This document shows, piece after piece, positions 58,068-64,000 of a stretch of DNA of 64,000 nt. Source of the stretch: an uncultured Chloroflexia bacterium (GTDB lineage: Bacteria; Chloroflexota; Limnocylindria; QHBO01). The DNA is taken from positions 69,523 to 133,522 of the forward strand of contig CAVVPF010000036.1 of the NCBI GenBank assembly GCA_963750025.1. Reading direction: 5' to 3'. Numbering within the stretch: the stretch's first letter is position 1; the number at the start of each line of letters is the position of its first letter. Made by a program: the position numbers and the translations under genes. The notes under the pieces are model-generated. The model was not told the origin of the DNA. It ran no database searches and saw only the letters and a list, made by a program, of their open reading frames with translations.

Positions 58068-59512
58068 TGTTGCACGCCGACCTGTTCATCGGTGGCGCCT
58101 GGCGACCGGCAGCCTCCCGCGAGACGGTCAGCATCCCCGATCCGGCGACCGGCGAGCCGGTCGGGACGGCGGCGCTCGGCGGCGTCGAGGACGCCCGGGC
58201 CGGCCTGGCGGCGGCGCAGGATGCCTTCCCGGGCTGGTCGCAGACGCCGGCTGCGGAGCGCGCGGCCATCCTGCATGAGGCCGCGCGCCTGATCCGCCAA
58301 CGCATGGAGGCGATCGCCCGCACCCTGACCCTGGAGCAGGGCAAGCCGCTGGCCGACTCGCGCAAGGAGATCGCCTTCGCTTGCGACGTCATCGACTATT
58401 ACGCCGATGCGGCGCAGCGCGTCGGTGGCGACTGGCGCCCGACTCGCCAGGCGAACATCCGCAGCCTGGTCATCCGCCAGCCGGTGGGCGTGGTGGTGGC
58501 GATCGTGCCCTGGAACTACCCCATCGACCTGCTGAGCTGGAAGATCGGCCCGGCGTTGGCCGCCGGGTGCACGGTGGTGGCCAAGCCGGCGACCGAGACG
58601 CCGCTGGCGACGGCGCAGGTCGTCCAGGCCTACGCCGATGCCGGGCTGCCGCCCGGCGTGCTCAACCTGGTCATCGGTCGTGGCTCGGTGGTGGGCGACG
58701 AGCTGGTGCGCAACCCCATCAGCCGCCTGATCACCATCACCGGCTCGACCGAGACCGGTCGCCACGTCATGCGCCTGGCGGCCGACCACATCAAGCGCCT
58801 CTCGCTGGAGCTGGGCAGCCAGACCCCGCTCATCGTCCTCGACGATGCCGACCTCGACGCCGTGGTCCCGGCCGCCGTGCGGCGCAGCTACTCGAACATG
58901 GGGCAGATCTGCATCGCGGTGAACCGCCTCTTCGTGGCCGATGCGGTGGCCGACGCCTTCACCGATGCCTTCGCGCAAGGGGCGCGCGACCTGCGCCTGG
59001 GCCATGGCCTGGACCCCGAGGTCGAGTACGGCCCGCTGCTGAACGAGGCCACCCGCCAGCGGTCGGTCGCCCACGTCACCCAGGCGGTGGGTGCCGGGGC
59101 GCGGCTGGTCGCCGGGGGGCACGTCCCGGACGGCGACCGATACGCTCACGGCTGGTTCTACGAGCCGACCGTGCTGGTCGACGTCGAGCCCGACATGCGC
59201 GTCATGCGCGAGGAGACCTTCGGCCCGGTGGCCGCCATCCGCCGCTACCGCTCGCTCGACGAGGCGATCGCCATGGCCAACGACTCACCCTACGGTCTGG
59301 CGGCCTACGTCTTCGGCCGCGACCTGGAGCGCTGCCTCTACGTGGCCGAGCGCCTAGAGGTCGGCGGCGTGGGCGTGAACGTCAACGACGTCACCGAGCT
59401 GGCCGCCCCCTTCGGTGGCTGGAAGGAATCAGGCTTCGGCCGTGAGCTCGGCCCCGAGGGCCTCGAGCACTGCTACGAGCTGAAGCACATCCGCATCGGA
59501 CTCCGAGATTGA
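58067..59512 (+). CDS. NAD(P)-dependent aldehyde dehydrogenase family protein
   Basis: 'VVAIVPWNYPI', 'AAGCTVVAKPATETP', 'LELGSQTP', catalytic 'NMGQICIAVNR' and 'EETFGPV'. Confidence 0.85.
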   Translation: MLHADLFIGGAWRPAASRETVSIPDPATGEPVGTAALGGVEDARAGLAAAQDAFPGWSQTPAAERAAILHEAARLIRQRMEAIARTLTLEQGKPLADSRKEIAFACDVIDYYADAAQRVGGDWRPTRQANIRSLVIRQPVGVVVAIVPWNYPIDLLSWKIGPALAAGCTVVAKPATETPLATAQVVQAYADAGLPPGVLNLVIGRGSVVGDELVRNPISRLITITGSTETGRHVMRLAADHIKRLSLELGSQTPLIVLDDADLDAVVPAAVRRSYSNMGQICIAVNRLFVADAVADAFTDAFAQGARDLRLGHGLDPEVEYGPLLNEATRQRSVAHVTQAVGAGARLVAGGHVPDGDRYAHGWFYEPTVLVDVEPDMRVMREETFGPVAAIRRYRSLDEAIAMANDSPYGLAAYVFGRDLERCLYVAERLEVGGVGVNVNDVTELAAPFGGWKESGFGRELGPEGLEHCYELKHIRIGLRD

Positions 59513-59639
59513 CACCCCCAGCATGCGCTGGCCGGTCCGGGCTGTCAGCCCGTGCCGGGCCTCGAAGTTGGGCACGAGGCGGCGCGGCGCAGCCGAGACC
59601 TGCCCAAGCGCGTCAGCCGCGCGTACCGCTCGAAGTGGC

Positions 59640-59800
59640 GCCACCACAACGACCCCGGCGGTCGGGCCGCGCTCGGCTTCACCCGAGAGGCGCAGCCGCC
59701 CCGGCGCGTCGTGGTCGACCCGGCGACCATCGGCACCGTCATTAGCATCTTTGAACGCTATGCGACCGGGGCCGTGTCGACGATCGGGTGGGCCGTTCTC
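59640..59800 (+). pseudogene. Possible fragment of a large serine recombinase (recombinase domain)
   Basis: 'DPGGRAALGFTREAQPPRRVVVDPATIGTVISIFERYATGAVSTIGWAVL' resembles the 'G..aPfGY....l.vd..eA..Vr.IF..y..G.s...Ia..Ln' segment. No catalytic domain or continuation is present. Confidence 0.3.
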
Positions 59801-59882
59801 CCGCCTCGCCGTGGGGGACCTGATACGCAGTCAGAACCATCTTCCCGCGTAATGAGGGCCAGGCCCGTGGGGCTTGCGTACG

Positions 59883-60260
59883 TCAGGGGTCCCCGAAGAG
59901 TTCCCCGACGACAGCGTATTGAACCTCCAAGCCTGCCGCCGCCAGCCCCTCCTTGACGTGGTCCAACTCAGCCAAGCTTCCAACCGGGAAGCGGACGCTA
60001 AAGTAACTATCGAACGTCGTGGTCAGGATCTGTCCGCCGTAGACCGCGACAGCAGCCTCAACCTTGTCTGGCTCTCTCGACGTGACGAGCAGTTGGTCGG
60101 GGAGAATGCAGGTGCCGGCGGGCATATGAAGAACGCTACCGTCCGGGCAGCCGTCGTCCACGGCAAGGACGCCCCCGACGACGACAGCCACCACGACTAG
60201 AACGAGCGCTACAAACACCGCAATTCGCCGCTTGCCCAGCCTGTTGACGAGATCGATCAT
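59883..60260 (-). CDS. Hypothetical membrane-anchored protein
   Basis: From ATG 60260: 'MIDLVNRLGKRRIAVFVALVLVVVAVVVGGVLAV', then a ~85-aa soluble domain. Confidence 0.45.
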   Translation of the reverse strand: MIDLVNRLGKRRIAVFVALVLVVVAVVVGGVLAVDDGCPDGSVLHMPAGTCILPDQLLVTSREPDKVEAAVAVYGGQILTTTFDSYFSVRFPVGSLAELDHVKEGLAAAGLEVQYAVVGELFGDP

Positions 60261-60690
60261 GACTCCGATTATGCGATAACAAGGGGCCTCCATCCACAAT
60301 CGCATCCACGACTTATAGAACAGACGTTCGCATGTGTCCACTCCGTCCCGGTCACGATCCGAGCATTGCACCGATCCGGGGCAAGTTGCTAGCGGTCATC
60401 GGTCAAACGACCGGCATCGGCCGGGCCGTCGCTCCGGGCGATTCCCACCAGCTCGGCAGCACTGACGCGGGCACCGGCAGCTGCCACGGACAGCGTGCCC
60501 AGGGCATCTCCCCCGCCGACTGAGCCGTACACGACCGCCTCGGCACGACCCCAGGCGGCGAGCACCAGCCGGATCAGTCGGTCCACCTCCGTCGGCGCGT
60601 GGTCGAGCATGACCAGGGTCTTCTCGACCTGGATGGTGTGTCGCGGTTCCCGGCAGCATCGACGACCGGACGCCATGCGAAACTCAGAGG

Positions 60691-61452
60691 ATGACGAGCT
60701 TCCGCTACGATCCGGCGGTCCTTCAGCGCTTTCCGGCGGTGGTCGGCGGTGTCATCCACGCGACCGGCGTCACGAATGGCCCCACCCCACCAGACCTCGC
60801 AGCGGCTTTCGACGCCGAGTCGATCGCAGTCTGCGCGCGAATTGGCAATACGCCGCTCAGCGAGCTGCCAACGCTGGCCACGTGGCGGCGCATCTTCCGC
60901 GGGTTCGGCGTGGACCCGACCCAGTACCGCTCTGCGGCCGAGGCCCTGCTGCGCCGCTTGACAAAGCAGGGCCAGCTGCCCTCCATCAGCACGCTCGTGG
61001 ACCTAGCGAACCTGGTGAGCATCAGGCACGCGCTGCCTGTCGCCGTATTCGACCAGCGCGGCGTGGTCGGCGGCACGACGGTCCGGTTCGCTCGCGGCGA
61101 CGAGCGCTGGATGGACCTCGGCTCAAGCGCCGCGGAGCACCCCGAGCCGGGCGAGGTGATCTTTGCCGACGAAGCCGAGGTCGTAAGCGCCCGGCGGTGG
61201 TGCTGGCGACAGAGTGCCGCGAGCGCAGCTCGCCTCGACACCACGGAGATCCTGGTCATGGTGGAAGGGCACCATGAGACAGCCTCGGACGACGTCGCCC
61301 GGGCACTCGGTGAGCTGGAGTCGCTCCTCGGCACCTACGCGGCCCCGGCCACAATCCAGGGAGCGATCCTGAGCGCCCGCAGTCCGAGTTTCGAGCCTTC
61401 GCCGAATCCCGACGCAGCCGCACCGATCCTTGACGACCGCTCCAGCTCCTAG
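60691..61452 (+). CDS. B3/B4 tRNA-binding-domain protein (PheT B3_4-like)
   Basis: 'WRRIFRGFGVDPTQYRSAAEALLRRLTKQGQLPSISTLVDLANLVSIRHALPVAVFD' is the B3_4 domain core. Confidence 0.7.
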   Translation: MTSFRYDPAVLQRFPAVVGGVIHATGVTNGPTPPDLAAAFDAESIAVCARIGNTPLSELPTLATWRRIFRGFGVDPTQYRSAAEALLRRLTKQGQLPSISTLVDLANLVSIRHALPVAVFDQRGVVGGTTVRFARGDERWMDLGSSAAEHPEPGEVIFADEAEVVSARRWCWRQSAASAARLDTTEILVMVEGHHETASDDVARALGELESLLGTYAAPATIQGAILSARSPSFEPSPNPDAAAPILDDRSSS

Positions 61453-61590
61453 CTTTGGGGTCGCCAATCGACGCTGACATCGAGGTGGGCGCACAGCAGC
61501 GCGAGCGCCTCGGCATCTGACTCTTGATGGGACGGCGAGTCGACAGGCGACGGTTGTTGCCGAGGTAGGTCGCTCATTCGGGCGGCGACA

Positions 61591-61860
61591 TCAGATCCCG
61601 CCCGAGGGAGCCTCGTCGCTCGCCTCGCGGACGATCAGCCCGCGACGAAGGACGAAGTGCACATCGACCCGTTCATCGGGGATGCGGGCGTGGTCTTCAC
61701 ATTCCCGAATGAGGGCGTAGTTGTCGCCGTCATCGGGATCTCCGCCCATGAGCCACGTCCGCTCGTTCGCGGTGCGGTTGTCGCACTGCTCCCACTCAGA
61801 GACCTGCGGTCGCAGCGCGATCAGGCGCCTGAGTTCTTCCGGCGTCCACTGATCGCACAT
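61591..61860 (-). CDS. Small hypothetical protein (89 aa)
   Basis: Acidic, protein-like translation ('MCDQWTPEELRRLIALRPQVSEWEQCDNRTANERTW'). Overlaps the tail of the upstream ORF. Confidence 0.4.
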   Translation of the reverse strand: MCDQWTPEELRRLIALRPQVSEWEQCDNRTANERTWLMGGDPDDGDNYALIRECEDHARIPDERVDVHFVLRRGLIVREASDEAPSGGI

Positions 61861-62686
61861 CAGGATGGCGCACCCCAGCCACGATCAACGGCGCCAACCG
61901 GATCCCAACCGGCGCATCCAGCCCGGCAACCTTCTGACAGACGGCGCAGCCACGGGTCCGCGGCCGCCGCTCCGGCAGTGCCCACTTGGGCCGGGTGATC
62001 CCGCACAGCGTTGTCTTGCCGTCGCCAAGATGCCAGCCCTTCCTCCGAGTGACCTCGCCGCCACCGTCGTAGGTCACCACGGTGAGCATCGGCTTGATCT
62101 GCTTGGGGTTGAGCGGCGGTCGGTGCCGACGTTCGAGCTTCTTTAGTCTCATCCGATCGCGGATGCCCTCGCAGTCGCGGCACAGACGCGAGCCATACCA
62201 GGACTGAACGATGATCTCCCAGCGACCGCGCGCTTCGGCGCCGCACAGCGTGGTCTGGCCGTCGCCAAGGTGCCAGGAACTGGTGCGCTCGACCCGCTGG
62301 CCATTGCGGTAGGTGTAGGAGCGGCGGTCGCCCATGTAGCGCAGGCCCCATTGCTCCAGGTCACGACGCGCCTCGACCCATGCTCGAAGCTGGCCGGTAA
62401 GCAGCCGGCTAACGTAATCGTCGATCTCGGCTCGGGGGATCCGGCGCCGGCCGTAGGTCTGAACCGTCACCGCACGCATCTCCTGCTCGCTGACAAGCGA
62501 TCGAACTGTGTCCTCGCTCACGCCAAGCAGCTCCGCGGCTTGGCCGAAGGTCAGCAGCAACGGCGTCGGTGAGCGACGGTCGTGGTCGGCATCAACGCTG
62601 GCGCCCAGCAGATTCCTCAGGGTGTTGCATACATGGCAGTCGCAGCGTTCGTGCGTCTCCTCCTCGCGCACGAGGATTGTGTCCAT
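61796..62686 (-). CDS. Excisionase/MerR-type HTH protein with two tandem Cys-containing repeat modules
   Basis: ATG at 62686. HTH 'LLTFGQAAELLGVSEDTVRSLV'. Two modules 80 aa apart: 'SWHLGDGQTTLCG...CRDC' and 'GWHLGDGKTTLCG...CAVC'. The 3' end is uncertain. Confidence 0.5.
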   Translation of the reverse strand: MDTILVREEETHERCDCHVCNTLRNLLGASVDADHDRRSPTPLLLTFGQAAELLGVSEDTVRSLVSEQEMRAVTVQTYGRRRIPRAEIDDYVSRLLTGQLRAWVEARRDLEQWGLRYMGDRRSYTYRNGQRVERTSSWHLGDGQTTLCGAEARGRWEIIVQSWYGSRLCRDCEGIRDRMRLKKLERRHRPPLNPKQIKPMLTVVTYDGGGEVTRRKGWHLGDGKTTLCGITRPKWALPERRPRTRGCAVCQKVAGLDAPVGIRLAPLIVAGVRHPDVRSVDAGRTQAPDRAATAGL

Positions 62687-62813
62687 ACGAGCGAGTCTAT
62701 CGCCACCGCTTTCGAATGGGCGCGACTTAGGCAGCGTTGACGGCTTCGGACGCCCTGACCCACGATCAGGATGCCGTCGAGCACTTCCGCCTACGATGAG
62801 GCCATGTCGTTGA

Positions 62814-63110
62814 CCGCGAAGCTTCATCGCCGACAACGGTGAGCCCCTGACTGGATCCGGCGTCCAGAAGATCGTACGGCGTGCCGCCCTACGGGCCGGC
62901 CTGGAGGTCCGCTGCTCGCCACACATCCTGCGCTACACCTTCGCCCGCTCCTTCCTGGCGAATGGCGGGGACGTCTTCAGCTTGCAGCGCATCCTCGGCC
63001 ACAGTCCGGCCTCGCTCGCTGTCACCCAGCGCTACGTCGAACTCCTCGACGAAGACCTGCGGGAGGTGCACCGCCGAGCGTCGCCGATGGACCTCTTGCG
63101 TGGCCGCTGA
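62814..63110 (+). pseudogene. C-terminal fragment of a tyrosine recombinase (integrase)
   Basis: The in-frame translation after the stop at 62811 reads 'FIADNGEPLTGSGVQKIVRRAALRAGLEVRCSPHILRYTFARSFLANGGDVFSLQRILGHSPASLAVTQRYV'. It carries the H-x-LR, LGH and catalytic Y boxes. The N-terminal two thirds of the protein are missing. Confidence 0.75.
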
Positions 63111-63548
63111 AAACGATGTCCTGAGAAGGAATCAGGGCGTCACGCTGAATGGTTTAGGTTGCATGAGGATGAGTAATTCTCATTTGGCCGAAAGCGCGTA
63201 AACACGTTCAAGTTGCAGCGTCACCATCGCCGATGGGCCGTTGATCAACAGTTGACGGGCGTCTGGGCGCCACGAGCGGGATCTTTGCCCCAGCGGGTCG
63301 GCCACCAGGTTCAGCGAGCCGTGTGGGGTCCGAGTTGGGGTCCGGTGACCACCACCTAGTACAGTCGTTATGGTGTGGGCGCTTGTTGGCCAAGGTCAAG
63401 GAGGAGGTCCATCGCGGTGCAGTCGGTGATCCGGGACGGATCAGCAGCTCGCCAGCCGTGGACCGGAGCGCCCGCCGTGGCGGCGCCCCCGAGCCTCTGT
63501 CGCCAAGCGTCGCGGATCTTCTCGCCGATGCCAGGCCTCGTTTTCTGC

Positions 63549-64000
63549 CTACAGCGCGAACTGCTCCACGGCCCGCTCGGCGAGCACCCGGCCGATCGCC
63601 AGGGCAGCAGTCGCCGCCGGTGACGGCGCACTCCGCACGTGGAGGACACGTCCCGATCCGGCGAGGTCAAAGTCGTCGAGGAGCGAGCCGTCACGGCCCA
63701 GGGCTTGCGCCCGGACGCCTGACGGCCCGAAGACCAGCTGGTCGCCGCGCAGCTCGGGAACGTAACGCCGCAGAGCCGCGAGGAACGCCGGCTTCGAAAC
63801 GTCGCGCCACATCTCGGCGAGCCCGGTGCGCAGGTACCTGCGAGCGAGGCGCAGGAAGCCGGGGAACGCAAGCGTCCCGGCCAAGTCCCGCGGCGAGAAG
63901 TCGGTACGGCGATAGCCGGCCCGCGAGAAGGCCAGCACAGCATTCGGGCCGGCCCATACCTCGCCATCAATCCGGCGTGTGAAGTGCACACCGAGGAACG
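63549..64000 (-). CDS. lhgO: L-2-hydroxyglutarate oxidase (C-terminal part; the gene continues past the window end)
   Basis: 'GPNAVLAFSRAGYRRTDFSPRDL...GVRAQALGRDGSLLDDFDL...LHVRSAPSPAATAALAIG' matches the LhgO/YgaF C-terminus. Confidence 0.75.
   Translation of the reverse strand, partial: FLGVHFTRRIDGEVWAGPNAVLAFSRAGYRRTDFSPRDLAGTLAFPGFLRLARRYLRTGLAEMWRDVSKPAFLAALRRYVPELRGDQLVFGPSGVRAQALGRDGSLLDDFDLAGSGRVLHVRSAPSPAATAALAIGRVLAERAVEQFAL

Noticed and set aside
60389-60676. 95-aa minus-strand ORF upstream of the B3/4 gene
   Set aside because: The translation is Ala/Gly/Arg-rich with no motif or RBS. It may be a remnant, but the evidence is insufficient.
63110-63400. tRNA or att site next to the integrase fragment
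   Set aside because: I read both strands for a GGTTCGAATCC-type T-arm and an acceptor stem. Only a weak 'GGTTCAGCGAGCC' is present with no cloverleaf, so no tRNA was called. tRNAscan-SE would settle this.
1-64000. CRISPR arrays or other long tandem repeats
   Set aside because: No regularly spaced direct repeats of 25-40 nt were seen. The only repeats found are the 20-nt motif (3 copies), the IS30 end duplication and the 36-nt intragenic duplication.

Overview
High-G+C, densely coding bacterial chromosomal window. Codon usage looks Actinomycetota/Chloroflexota-like, but the taxon cannot be determined from the sequence alone. Many adjacent genes overlap by 4 nt (ATGA/GTGA). Contents from left to right: (1) A Phd/YefM antitoxin at the window edge. 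(2) A minus-strand Wadjet operon, jetA-jetB-jetC-jetD, of the TIGR02677-02680 type. Its JetD ORF continues, with no in-frame stop, into a TM0106-type RecB-like nuclease/3'-5' exonuclease. Two translationally coupled unknown genes follow, one carrying HExxH. (3) Four uncharacterised genes, including a ParB/Srx-like protein, plus a truncated DUF429 fragment. (4) An 11-gene minus-strand corrinoid uptake, salvage and nucleotide-loop operon (btuF/C/D-like, cobO, cobS, cbiZ, cbiB, cobD, cobU, cobC, cobT) behind a cobalamin riboswitch, with divergent cobQ and a second BtuF-like gene. (5) An accessory island bounded by IS110 and IS30. It holds three unknown proteins that each carry an R[NH]xxxH HEPN-like motif, a DUF4238 protein, an ECF sigma/anti-sigma pair, an AlbA_2-domain protein, and a beta-class N6-adenine methyltransferase fused to a PD-(D/E)xK domain. 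(6) HMA-merA-arsR, a rhodanese gene and a solo IS30 end. (7) A second ECF sigma/anti-sigma pair and several small genes. (8) A GntR / BMP-family ABC / PfkB / nucleoside phosphorylase / SIS / ALDH cluster. (9) Recombinase fragments and a partial lhgO. Caveat: at least eight otherwise intact genes, including core cob genes, are interrupted by single-nucleotide frameshifts. Assembly indel errors are therefore likely, and every pseudogene or fusion call here needs read-level verification. No rRNA, tRNA or CRISPR array was recognised.
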